NCBI GenBank assembly: GCA_038087875.1
Contig: CM075992.1
Location: 2,358,001 to 2,422,000 of the forward strand
Source: Malacoraja senta
Taxonomy: Eukaryota
Direction: 5' to 3'
Length of the DNA: 64,000 nt
The translations under genes and the position numbers were made by a program. The notes below the pieces were generated by a model. The model was not told the DNA's origin. It searched no databases and was given only the letters and a program-made list of their open reading frames with translations. This document shows, piece by piece, positions 51,714 through 63,469 of this stretch (positions are counted from its first letter, which is position 1; each line of letters opens with the position of its first letter).

Positions 51714-51861
51714 GTCAGTTTAAAAACGATGGCTGTTGATTAAAATACTTACCTTCATCCCTACAAATTAAACTGATGCCAAAAGGAAATCAGCCGCAAC
51801 ACCGGTTCCTAGTTTTCTTTTGTTTTAGTTTCTGTCGAGGGGACCCTGCAACGGTCATAAG

Positions 51862-53747
51862 AGTAGGGAAAATAGATTATGAAAGAAAACTGGCAGGGAA
51901 CATAAAAACTGACTGCAAAAGTTTTTATAGATATGTGAAGAGAAAAAGATTAGTTAAAACAAATGTAGGTCCCTTGCATTCAGAAACTGGTGAATTGATC
52001 ATGGGGAACAAGGATATGGCAGACCAATTGAATAACTACTTTGGTTCTGTCTTCACTAAGGATGACATAAATAATCTGCCGGAAATAGCAGGGGACCGGG
52101 GGTCAAATGAGATGGTGGAACTGAGTGAAATCCCGGTTAGCCGGGAAGTGGTGTTAGGTAAATTGAATGGATTAAAGGCCGATAAATCCCCAGGGCCAGA
52201 CAGGCTGCATCCCAGAGTACTTAAGGAAGTAGCCCCAGAAATAGTGGATGCATTAGTGATAATTTTTCAGAACTCTTTAGATTCTGGTGTAGTTCCTGAG
52301 GATTGGAGGGTAGCTAATGTAACCCCACTTTTTAAAAAGGGAGGGAGAGAGAAAACGGGGAATTACAGACCAGTTAGTCTAACATCGGTAGTGGGGAAAA
52401 TGCTAGAGTCAGTTATTAAAGATGGGATAGCAGCACATTTGGAAAGTGGTGAAATCATTGGACAAAGTCATCATGGATTTATGAAAGGTAAATCATGTCT
52501 GACGAATCTTATAGAATTTTTCGAGGATGTAACTAGTAGAGTGGATAAGGGAGAACCAGTGGATGTGTTATATCTGGACTTTCAAAAGGCTTTCGACAAG
52601 GTCTCACATAAGAGATTAGTATGCAAAATTAAAGCACACGGTATTGGGGGTTCAGTATTGATGTGGATAGAGAACTGGCTGGCAGACAGGAAGCAAAGAG
52701 TAGGAGTAAACGGGTCCTTTTCAGAATGGCAGGCAGTGACTAGTGGGGTACCGCAAGGCTCAGTGCTGGGACCCCAGCTATTTACAATATATATTAATGA
52801 CCTGGATGAGGGAATTGAATGCAACATCTCTAAGTTTGCGGATGACACGAAGCTGGGGGGCAGTGTTAGCTATGAGGAGGATGCTAGGAGGCTGCAAGGT
52901 GACTTGGATAGGTTGGGTGAGTGGGCAAATGCATGGCAGATGCAGTATAATGTGGATAAATGTGAGGTTATCCACTTTTGTGGCAAAAACAGGAAAGTAG
53001 ACTATTATCTGAATGGTGGCCGATTAGGAAAAGGGGAGATGCAACGAGATCTGGGTGTCATGGTACACCAGTCATTGAAAGTAGGCATGCAGGTGCAGCA
53101 GGCAGTGAAGAAAGCGAATGGTATGTTAGCATTCATAGCAAAAGGATTTCAGTATAAGAGCAGGGAGGTTCTACTGCAGTTGTACAGGGTCTTGGTGAGG
53201 CCACACCTGGAGTATTGCGTACAGTTTTGGTCACCGAATCTGAGGAAAGACATTCTTGCCATAGAGGGAGTACAGAGAAGGTTCACCAGACTGATTCCTG
53301 GGATGGCAGGACTTTCATACGAAGAAAGACTGGATAGACTCGGCTTGTACTCGCTAGAATTTAGAAGATTGAGGGGGGATCTTATAGAAACTTACAAGAT
53401 TCTTAAGGGGTTGAACAGGCTAGATGCAGGAAGATTGTTCCCGATGTTGGGGAAGTCCAGAACAAGGGTAAGGGGGAAGTCTTTTAGGACCGAGATGAGA
53501 AAATCATTTTTCACGCAGGGAGTGGTGAATCTGTGGAATTCTCTGCCACAGAAGGTAGTTGATGCCAGTTCATTGGCTATATTTAAGAGGGAGTTAGATG
53601 TGGCTCTTGTGGCTAAAGGGATCAGGGGGTGTGGAGAGAAGGCAGGTACAGGATTCTGAGTTGGATGATCAGCCATGATCATATTGAATGGCGGTGCAGG
53701 CTCGAAGGGCCGAATGGCCTACTACTGCACCTATTTTCTATGTTTCT
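51862..53747 (+). mobile_element. Young 5'-truncated CR1 LINE with uninterrupted RT reading frame, in intron 4, present only in the right arm
   Basis: About 600 open codons (KSPGPD, NYRPVSLTS, YLDFQKAFDKV, GVPQGSVLGP, KFADDTKL); flanked by ATAAG direct repeat (51857-51861, 53748-53752); empty site at ~11140-11150. Confidence 0.96.
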
Positions 53748-54215
53748 ATAAGTGATCGGAGCAGAAGTAGACCATTCGGCCCATCAAGTCTACTCCGCAA
53801 TTCAATCATGGCTGATCTATCTCTCCCTCCTAACCCCATTCTCATGCGTTCGCCCCATAACCTCTGACACATGTACTAATCAAAAAGCTATCTATCTCTG
53901 CCTTAAAAATATCCATTGACTTGGTCTCCACAGACTTCTGTGGCAATTAATTCCCCAGATTCACCACCCTCTGATTAAAGAAATTCCTCCCCATCTCCTT
54001 TCTAAAGGTGTGTCCTTTAATTCTGAGGTTTTGCCATCTGGTCCTAGACTCTCCCACTAGTGGAAACATCCTCCCCACAACCACTCTATCCAGGCCTTTC
54101 ACTATTCGGTACGTTTCAATGAGGTCCCCCCTCATCTTTCTAAACACCAGCGAGTACAGGCCCAGTGCTGTCAAACACTCATAGTCCCACTCATTCCTGG
54201 GATCCAGGCTGTGAA

Positions 54216-54346
54216 GCTGATGAGAACAAAGTGGAGATCAAAGTGAAAGGTCAGTTTGAAAACTTGATGTCTGTTGATTAAAATACTTACCTTCATCCCA
54301 ACAAACTAAAAGTCTGCCAAAAGCAAATCAGCCTAAACACCGGTTC
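54216..54346 (+). repeat. Diverged intronic duplicate of exon 4 3' end, donor and intron start (source 51680-51808)
   Basis: GCTGATGAGAACAAAGTGGAGATCAAAGTGAAAG|GTCAGT...CACCGGTTC repeated. Confidence 0.9.
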
Positions 54347-54933
54347 AACAAGAGTGAGTGAAAGATCAGACGTTCCCCCACACCACTCACAACTCCTGGC
54401 TTCAAACGTGCTTCACTGTCCCACCCGTCACCATCGAACCATTCTGTCCAACTATACATTCTCACCCACTTGTGTGTGACAGGTCTACAATACCGTGCGC
54501 TGCAATGCCAGAGTATAGTCATACAGCACGGAAACAAGCCCTTTGGCCCATCTTGTCCATGCCGACAAAGATGCCCCAGCCCACCGACCCCAGTTAGAAG
54601 GCCTCTATCCTTCCCAACTGTTCCTATCTATTATGTATTGTCCAGAACAATAACCACAACAGTGGTTGTGTGAAGTAATGAAACAGTGATTTACTAACTA
54701 ACTTTGAACAGGGTACATCACCCTAACCTACGTAAAATGGCTGCAGTCTAACAAACGGTGTCCTAGCCGAGTCCCGCACAAGTCCCGTGATTGAACGGTG
54801 TTCCCAAACTACCGTGCCCGCACACACCCGTAACATTCCTGGCCGGCAGGGACGCCAGAGCTCACACACGCAAGATGCCGGTGCGTAAACAGAAACTGAT
54901 GTGAAAGTTAAGCAGCACCGTGGCGCAGTGGTA

Positions 54934-55066
54934 AGGGCCTGTCCCACTTGGCTGTCATTTGCGTGCCATTTACGCGACCTCGTCGCGTTGTGATGCACGG
55001 GTAGCGCGTGGATGACGCGCGAAGGGCGCATGGTGAGGCGTGGATGCGTATGGAGTTGCGCGCGAT
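54934..55066 (+). mobile_element. 133-bp Harbinger terminal fragment between two 80-bp direct repeats (54854-54933, 55067-55146)
   Basis: Reverse complement of 9825-9957. Confidence 0.92.
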
Positions 55067-55130
55067 GCCAGAGCTCACACATGCAAGATGCCGGTGCGTA
55101 AACAGAAACTGATGTGAAAGTTAAGCAGCA

Positions 55131-55418
55131 CCGTGGCGCAGTGGTAGAGTTGCTGCCTTACAGCACCAGAGACCTGGGTTCGATCCTCACTACGGGTGCT
55201 GTCTGTACGGAGTTTACACTTTCTCCCGGTGACCACGTGGGTTTTCTCTGGGTGCTTCGGTTTCCTCCCACACTCCAAACGCGCGCACACTTGTAGGTAA
55301 TTGGCATCGGTAAGAATTGTAAATTATCTCTCGTGTGTAGGATAGTGTTAGTGTGTGGGGATTGCTGGTCAGCACGGACTCGGTGGGCCCATTTACATGC
55401 TGTATCTCTAAACTAAAC
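55131..55418 (+). mobile_element. HE1-type V-SINE (its left-arm counterpart is the Harbinger insertion site)
   Basis: CCGTGGCGCAGTGGTA|GAGTTGCTGCC head, V-domain, TAAACTAAAC tail. Confidence 0.88.
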
Positions 55419-55537
55419 TGCAAAGAACAAATATCTGCCTTACATAAGATTAACATTTGTCTTCAAATTAATTATTGTTGAAATAGATTATACTGTAGTT
55501 AGCTTTACAAATCATTTTGTTCTGATTATCTCTACAG

Positions 55538-55701
55538 ATAAATCCGCGATCATCATAGGAGTAAGTGTAACGGCACTGGCCACAGCAACCCTTGCAAGTG
55601 GGGCGGTTATTTATTACTTGTACCAAAAGGCTCAGAAATCACAAGAATACAAATTACGGAATGCAAAGCCTCGCAACAATCCACAGGTGCTCAGCGGATA
55701 G
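55538..55701 (+). CDS. ICAM/VCAM-family gene exon 5 (TM and cytoplasmic tail, stop)
   Basis: TCTACAG| phase-1 acceptor; DKSAIIIGVSVTALATATLASGAVIYYLYQKAQKSQEYKLRNAKPRNNPQVLSG*; tail resembles ICAM-1 YLYNRQRKIKKYRL. Too short for the ORF track. Confidence 0.9.
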
Positions 55702-55966
55702 TAAAACCAGACAATATCACTCAGAAGGAATATGAAATAGAAACTACCTAGAACAAAATAGGAAAGCAGTTTGTGTTGATTGGAAAATATCACTTGCCGA
55801 TCACTCCGGACATTATTTTGATGGGAATTTGCACAATTATTCTTCCATCTGTCTGCTTTAAAAGCCATCGAGGTAAATTATAAGAAGGATGTATTCAGAT
55901 GTTTTAAAACTGATATCTTGGCTGCCTCTCCTCAATCATCATTGCTGTATGTTGTGAAATGGTTAG

Positions 55967-55972
55967 AATAAA
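55967..55972 (+). terminator. Candidate polyadenylation signal
   Basis: First AATAAA noticed after the stop codon (~265 nt downstream). Confidence 0.4.
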
Positions 55973-57214
55973 TCATTGTTTATCGGGATCAGCTGCATCT
56001 CTGGAGAGAAGGAATGGGTGACGTTTCGGGTCGAGACTCTTCTTCAGAAGTGTCACCCATTCCTTCCCTCCAGAGATGCTGCCTGTCCCACTGAGTTACT
56101 CCAGCATTTTGTGTCTGTCTTTGGTGTAGACCAGCATCTAAACTTCCTTCCAACATAAATAATTGTTTAATCTGTTTTGTTATTGCCACAAGTTTGTACA
56201 AGATGCAGCTGTGGCATTTAATTCTGGAATGTAATATTTTAGGAGCTCTCTCATAACTGGAATGGGAAAGTGTTGTTAACATTCCCTAGAAGTATTTTTC
56301 AAAACTGTACTCTACTTTTGAAGACTGCCTTCTTCATAGACACTCACTTGGGGTGAGGGTTGGGGGATGGAGAATTATTTCCTACCATTGTAGATTTGAA
56401 ACTTACAGAATAATGAAAGGCATAGATAGAGTGGATGTGGAAAGGATGCTTCCACTGGCGGGAGAGTCTTGATCCAGAGGTCACAGCCTCAGAATTAAAG
56501 GGTGCTCTTTTAGAAAGGAGGTGAGGAGAAACTTCATTAGTCAGAGGGTGGTGAATCTGTGGAACTCATTGCCAGAGGGCTGTGGCGGCCAAGTCAGTGG
56601 ATATTTTTAAGGCAGAGCTAGACAATTGTTTTTATTAGAACAAGTTTCCACACAGCCTGTGCTTTCATACGACATCTGTATTGATGAATCATGACCTTGG
56701 CGTTTCAACGCCATCCCAAATGCATCTTAGAACTTAGGACATTGCAGCATAGAATCAGGCCCTTTAGTCCACAATATTTGTGCCAAACATGATGCCCAGG
56801 TAAACTGATCTCATTTGCCTGCACATGGTCCATATCGCTGTATTCCTTCCTCTTCCATGTGTCTATCTCAAAGCCTCTTAAACGCCACTGTCATATCTGC
56901 TTCCACCACCACCCCTGACAAATACGTTCCAGGCCCCCACCACTCTTTGTGTAAAAAATGTGCCCGCACATCTCCATTAGACTTCTCCCCCTCTCACTTT
57001 ATAGCGACGCCCTCTAGTGTTGGATATTTCCACCCTGGGAAAAAGGTTCTGACTGTCCTCTGGGCCAGAGAATCCATGGAGTCAGTTGGGAAGTTGCATC
57101 AAGGAGGTTTAGAATCTGTTTCCCTGTCCATCTGGTAATCTTTGCCTCTAACAGAGGCATAAAGTGACCCTTCCAGGGCGTTGGCCAAGCAGGTGACATG
57201 AAGAATCACTCAAT

Positions 57215-58390
57215 CAAAGACTTTATTGTCATTCAGAAATACACCAACAAATGCAAGTCTGAACGAAATTTCGTTGCATCTGGCTCCCCGTGCAACATAA
57301 AATAACAAAAGGATAAAATAGATAAAAAGATAAAATGGATAAAAAGATAAAATAGATAATAGTGGCAGCACATTATATGGAATTCAAGAGTCTGATGGCT
57401 CGGGGGAAGAAGCTGTTGCAGAACCTGGCCGTTCTGCTCCTTATGCTACAATACCTTTTGCCCGAGGGCAGCAGAGTGAACAGTCCATGATGGAGATGTG
57501 TGGGGTCCTTTATAATGCTGTTGGCCTTAGACAAGCAACGTTTGCACTCAATGTCCCCGGATTGAAGGAAGAGAAGTCCCGATGATTTTTTCAGCCGTCC
57601 TCACCACTCTCTGCACGGACTTCCAGTCGGAGGCTTTGCAGTTCCCAAACCATACAGAGATGCAGCTGGTCAAAATGCTCTCCATGGTGCCCCTGTAGAA
57701 AGTGGTGAGGACGGGATGGGGGAGGTCAGCTCTTCTCATCCGGCTGCTGCGCTCTCTTAACTAGTGATGTGATGTTTTGTGACCAGGTCAGACTGTTCGT
57801 GATCTGCACCCCCAGGAACTTAGTGCTACTGACCAACTCCACATCGATGTCATTAATGTGTAGTGGTGTCTGACTGTGCCGTTTTTTCCTGAAGTCAACG
57901 ATGACCTCCTTTGTTTTGTCAACATTCAGGATCAGATTGTTCGTGTTGCACCAGTCCACCAGTTGTTTCACCTCCTCCCTGTAAGCCAGTTCGTTGTCGT
58001 CCCGGATAAGGCCCACCACTGTTGTGTCATCTGCGTACTTCATGATGTGGTTTGTACTAAACCTGGCACAACAGTCGTGGGTCATCAGGGTAAACAGCAG
58101 TGGACTCAGGACGCAGCCCTGAGGGGAGCCGGTGCTCAGAGAGATGATGTTGGAGGTGTTGTTTCCAACCCGCACTGACAGGGGTCTGTCCGTGAAGAAG
58201 TCCAGTAGCCAGTTACACAAGGGGGTGCTGAGGCCCAATGGACCCAGTTTGCTTACCAAGTGCTGAGGGATGATTGTATTGAACGCTGAACTAAAGTCCA
58301 CAAACGGCATTCGCACCTGTGTGTTCTTCTCCTCTAGATGTTCCAGGCTCAGATGGAGTACGGAGGATATAGCGTCCTCTGTGGAGCGAA
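57215..58390 (-). mobile_element. Rex1/Babar LINE, RT to 3' end, internally deleted
   Basis: [55 protein letters not shown]; downstream FYRGTMESILTSCISVWFG. Confidence 0.92.
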
Positions 58391-59300
58391 GGGGCTCGAC
58401 CTGAAACGTCACCCATTCCTTCCCTCCAGAGACGCTGCCTGTCCCGCTGAGTTACTCCAGCATTTTGTGTCTATCTTTGGTTTAGTTAGTTCAGTTTAGT
58501 TTATTGTCACGTGTACCAAGGTACAGTGAAAAGCTTTTGTTGTGTGTTAGCGGAAATACAATACATGATTACAATCAAGCCATTTACAGTGTATAGATAC
58601 ATGATAAGAGAATAACGTTTAGTGCAAGGTATAGACGGTAAAGTCCAATCAAAGATAGTCCGAGGGTCACCAATGAGCAGTGCTGAACTACTATCTACCT
58701 CATTTGTGACCCTCGGACTATCCTTGATTGGACTTTACTGGCTTTGCCTTGCACTAAACGTTATTCTCTTATCATGTATCTGCACACTGTAAATCGCTCG
58801 AATGTAATCATGTATTGCCTTTGCCAATTGAATAGACAAATGAATGTACACAGGGCCACGACACTGGAGATACTGGCCTGGAAGAGGACACTGATCTTAG
58901 ATCGCCTTGAAAACTCACGCCAAAACAAGCAGTTGCAAATGACAATATTAGAAAATGCTTCTAGATCAACATCAGGTGCAAATTGTTCTTATTTGCCAGT
59001 AAACTAAGAGTTTTGATGAGGGCTTCCAGCAAGCATTCAGGGGAAGCAGTGCATCAATTTACAATCAGTGTTCTGGATGACGTTTCCTAACTCTGTAAAT
59101 TTCCCCACAAACCAGAAGAATGCCCTCGGCCCTTCTCTCTGTAGCTCTTTGACCTTCCTTTATTTTAACGTATTATTTCCTTTCCTTTGACGTTTCAAAC
59201 CGTAATCTTACTTAAATCTATCGACTTCTCCTTCCTCCTTTAGTATGTTTCTTTAAAATTATTCTGTGTCCTTGACCGAAACATAACAGTGAAATTCTTA

Positions 59301-59519
59301 AGGCCCTGTCCCACTTGCCGATTTTTTTCGGCGACTGCCGGCGTCATATCAGTGTCGCCAAAAGATTTTGAACATTTCAAAATCCCCCAAAAATGTTGCG
59401 ACACTTGAAAAAACACTGTGTGTCACCGCCGCGTCCTGCCGTTAATTTTTCGGTGACCTGATACGTCAGTCAATGATGTCGGCAGTCGCCAAAAAAAATC
59501 GCCAAGTGGGACAGGCCCT
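59301..59519. mobile_element. Complete 219-bp Harbinger-related MITE
   Basis: ~47-bp imperfect TIRs starting AGG(C/G)CCTGTCCCACTTG; flanks TTA| and |TAA. Confidence 0.92.
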
Positions 59520-59661
59520 TAAAACTCATTAATAAAGTCAGGATATGAGGCTTTGCAATCACTTGCATGAGTGCTGATGAATAGCTGCCGTTTATAACAA
59601 TAACAAGATTCAAATTGAGCCCTTGTGTTACTCACTGTCTGTTCTCTGGTTTAGTTGATTG

Positions 59662-60280
59662 AAACATAGAAACATAGAAACATAGAAAATAGGCGCAGGA
59701 GTAGGCCATTCGGCCCTTCGAGCCTGCACCGCCATTCAATATGATCATGGCTGATCATCCAACTCAGTATCCTGTACCTGCTTTCTCTCCATACCCCCTG
59801 ATCCCTTTAGCCACAAGGGCCACATCTAACCCTCTTAAATATAGTCAATGAACTGGCCTCAACTACCTTCTGTGGCAGAGAATTCCAGAGATTCATCACT
59901 CTCTGTGTGAAAAATGTTTTCCTCATCTCGGTCCTAAAAGATTTCCCCCTTATCCTTAAACTGTGACCCCTTGTTCTGGACTCTCCCAACATCGGGAACA
60001 ATCTTCCTGCATCTAGCCTGTCCAACCCCTTAAGAATTTTGTACGTTTCTATAAGATCCCCCCTCAATGTTCTAAATTCTAGCGTGTACAAGCCAAGTCT
60101 ATCCAGTCTTTCTTCATATGAAAGTCCTGACATCCCAGGAATCAGCCTGGTGAACCTTCTCTGTACTCCCTCTATGGCAAGAATGTCTTTCCTCAGATTA
60201 GGGAGACCAAAACTGTACGCACTATTCCAGGTGTGGTCTCACCAAGACCCTGTACAACTGCAGTAGAACCTCCCTGCTAT
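59662..60280 (-). mobile_element. CR1 3' fragment of the young family
   Basis: GLSYEERLDRLGLYTLEFR...; (TTTCTATG)n tail on the minus strand at 59662-59690. Confidence 0.93.
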
Positions 60281-60453
60281 ACTCAATGAATCAATAGCAA
60301 TTGAGTCATTTGTGGATCTTTGAACGAACAGATTGTACAAAGTAAACAGAGAAATGTATCATTTGTATGTACTGTTCAACATAAAATAAACGTTTCCAAA
60401 AGAAAATCAGAGCAATGGTAAAAAAAATTGTATACTGGTTAAGTTTTGTCATC

Positions 60454-60725
60454 AGGTAGACAGAAATGCTGGAGAAACTCAGCGGGTGCAGCAGCATCTA
60501 TGGAGCGAAGGAAATAGGCAACGTTTCGGCCCGAAACCCTTCGGGTTTCGAGCCAAAACGTTACCTATTTCCTTTGGGATTCGACCCGAAACGTTGCCTA
60601 TTTCCTTTGGGATTCGACCCGAAACGTTGCCTATTTCCTTCGCTCCATAGATGCTGCTGCAACACGCTGAGTTTCTCCAGCATTTTCGTCTACCTTCGAT
60701 TTTCCAGCATCTGCAGTTCCTTCTT
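60454..60725. repeat. Penelope-derived fold-back element with three internal 33-bp tandem units
   Basis: Inverted arms AGGTAGAC..ATGCTGGAGAAACTCAGCG.. / ..CGCTGAGTTTCTCCAGCAT..GTCTACCT around GGGATTCGACCCGAAACGTTGCCTATTTCCTTT units. Confidence 0.85.
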
Positions 60726-61099
60726 GAACAAAAAGTTTTGTCATTAGTTTAGTTTACAGATACAGCAGGGAAACAGGCCTTTCGGCCCACCGATTCCACA
60801 CCGACCAGCGATCCACGCACATTAACACTCTCTACCTACACTAGCGATAATCTACATTTATACCAAGCTGATTAACCTACAAACCTGTACATCTTTGGAG
60901 TGTGGGAGGAAACCTGAGATCTTGGGGAAAAAAACCCACGCGAACAAGAGGAGGACGAATGGGTGACTTTTCGAGTGGAGACCCTTCTTCTTCTGAAGTA
61001 GAAGGATCTCGACCTAAAACATCACCTCCTATTCCTTCTCTCGGGAGATGCTGCCTGTCCCACTGAGTTACTCCAACATTTTGTGTCTAAGCCAGTAAG

Positions 61100-62415
61100 A
61101 CTAATGGCTAACACGTTGTAGCTCTGATGTCCACCATCGTGAAGTGCTTTATGAGGCTGCTCATGCACACATATTAACTCTAGAGTTCCAGACAGCCTCA
61201 ATCCACTGCAATTCACCCACAGTTGCAACAGGTCCGCAGCAGATAGCATCTCCCTGGCCCTAACATTCATCCCTGAAACATTTGAATACTGACGGCACCG
61301 AAATCTCCCCCCCTATTTATAGACTATAGCTCCAACAACCAATCTTCTGGACCTATATCTCAGCAACCTCCTCTGCAATTAAATGCTTGATTCCAACCTT
61401 GCAATCACCACCTCTCGTAAAGACCCTTCCCCAGACTCTCGGAGGGATCTTGGGGTCAGTTTCTACAAAACCTTGCAGATTCTCCTTATAAATTCACATC
61501 AAGAGTGAGTAAGTCCTACCAACGACTCCACTTATGAACAGAGATTTTCCTACACAACATGCTCGAAACTGGTGTCCCACAAGGTTGTGGTCTCAGCCGC
61601 TTTCTATACTCCCTTTGCACTCGTGACTGTGTGGCCACATTCTGCTCTGACACCACAGTGGGCCAGGTTGCAAACGACTCTAGGAACTAGAGGATGCCAA
61701 CAGCCTCTCCCTCAAGGAAGCTGGTTATCGACTTCAGGGAATGGGGTGGAGCACACATCCCAGTCTGTGCCATCAATGCTGAGGAGGAGGTGGCCAAGAG
61801 CAATTGGTTTCTCGAGGTAAATATCACCAACCACTTGTCCTGGTCTGACCACATTGATGCAACAGCCAACAAAGCACACAGACGCCTCTACTTCCTGAGA
61901 AGGCCAAGGAATTTTGGCATATCTCCAATGACTCTTACAAATTTCTATAGCACACAAAGTATCCTAATCAGATGCATGGCATCTGCTCTGCCCAAGTTTG
62001 CAAGAAACTGCCAAGATGTGAATACAGCTCTGTGCCTCTCACAAACCGGCCCCCCCCCCACCCACCCACCAACGACTCCACTTATGAACACACTGCCTTG
62101 GGAAAGCAGCCAATATAATCTAAGACCAGCGGGACAGGCAGCATCTCTGCGTTAAATAAATAGCTGATCACCTATTCCTTTACTCCAGAGTTGCTGCCTG
62201 TCCCGCTGAGTTACTCCAGCATTTTGTGTCCATCTTCAGTGTAAACCAGCCATCTGCAGTTCCTTCCTATACATAATCTAAGACCACTTACACCCTGGCT
62301 ATTCTTTCCTATCACCTCTTTTGTCGGGCAGAAGGTAGAAAAGCTTGAATGCACATGCCACCAGATTCAAAAACAGCTTCTTCCCTGCTGTAATCAGACC
62401 CTTAAACATACCTCT
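61100..62415 (+). mobile_element. Old, degenerate Rex1/Babar LINE
   Basis: Remnants KLVIDFR, FLEVNITNHLSWSDHI..KAHRRLYFLRR and RFKNSFFPAVIR; many disablements. Confidence 0.75.
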
Positions 62416-63469
62416 CATATGCTAGGGGCAATCTACCATGCTATTTCATCGCAGTCTCACTTTATTTGTACCTTCTCTGTACCTGTGACAGTATTTTCTA
62501 CACTGTTTATTTGTTTTCTTCTGTTAGAGTCATAGAGCGGTAGAGTGATACAGCGTGGAAACAGGCTCTTCGGCCCAACTTGCCAACATGTCCCACCGGC
62601 CCATGTTTGGCCCGTATCCCTCCAAACATGTCCTACCCATTGTACCCATGTATGGTATATTTTGCTTGGATAACGCTTCACTTTCTGTTATATAGAACTA
62701 GATGGTATGTTTGTGTGAATATTGAAATATCTCCAGATAACTAATCAATGTAATGTTTTTTTTATTTGGTAAGTGAACAACAGGGTCTTATTCCAATTTT
62801 TAATTTATTTACTTCTTTTTTTCCCCTATCTATTTAATTTTTTATTTTGATTGCTTTTCTTATTTTGTTTTATTTATGGTGATAGTGTTGCACTGTTTTG
62901 TATATATCTCTGTGAAAAAGCAATAATAATTTAAGTGGAAAAAAAAGGATAACGCTTCACTTTCTACCCTCACCTCTTACACTTTCTCCTGCTGCTTAAA
63001 GTAGTTCCATTAACTATTTATCTTCTCATTGTATTTAAAACTATCATCGATGCTGCCTTTTTCTCGACCTCACCACACAACCCATTGACAACTTTAAGCT
63101 TCTTGAGACCATCCTATTTCCTCATCCCCGCTCAGTTCGGGTGGAGCCACTCTCAATGATAGTTTTCCTTCCTACATATGATTTATTAATTTGCGAATTA
63201 GGTCTTGCTTTTTAATTTAGCTCCACTTGGAGGCCTGGGTTGACAAACAGAGCCCTTCCTGTTTTTTTCCTGTCCTTTCTCCAACATGGATCACAACAAC
63301 TAAATTTGTCACAATTTCCTTTCAATATTCTAACAACTTCAGCAACAAAGAGCACAGAAACGGGCCCATCAGCCCATCATGTCCATCTACTGAGTACTGT
63401 GTTTACAAACCAGATATGCTGCTGGTGCAAGTAAGAATTTCATTGTTCAATTATGGTACATATAACAAT

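Larger units (their letters stand above)
34483..55066 (+). repeat. Right arm of the large inverted duplication (carries exons 1-4 of the intact gene)
   Basis: See left arm; 41914-45450 has no counterpart in the left arm. Confidence 0.95.

Noticed and set aside
51776..53659. 627-aa ORF as a host gene
   Set aside because: 5'-truncated CR1 ORF2; the first ~29 codons are fortuitously open intron sequence.
60543..60640. CRISPR-like array (also considered 5384-5491)
   Set aside because: Contiguous tandem units without unique spacers, no cas genes, vertebrate context.
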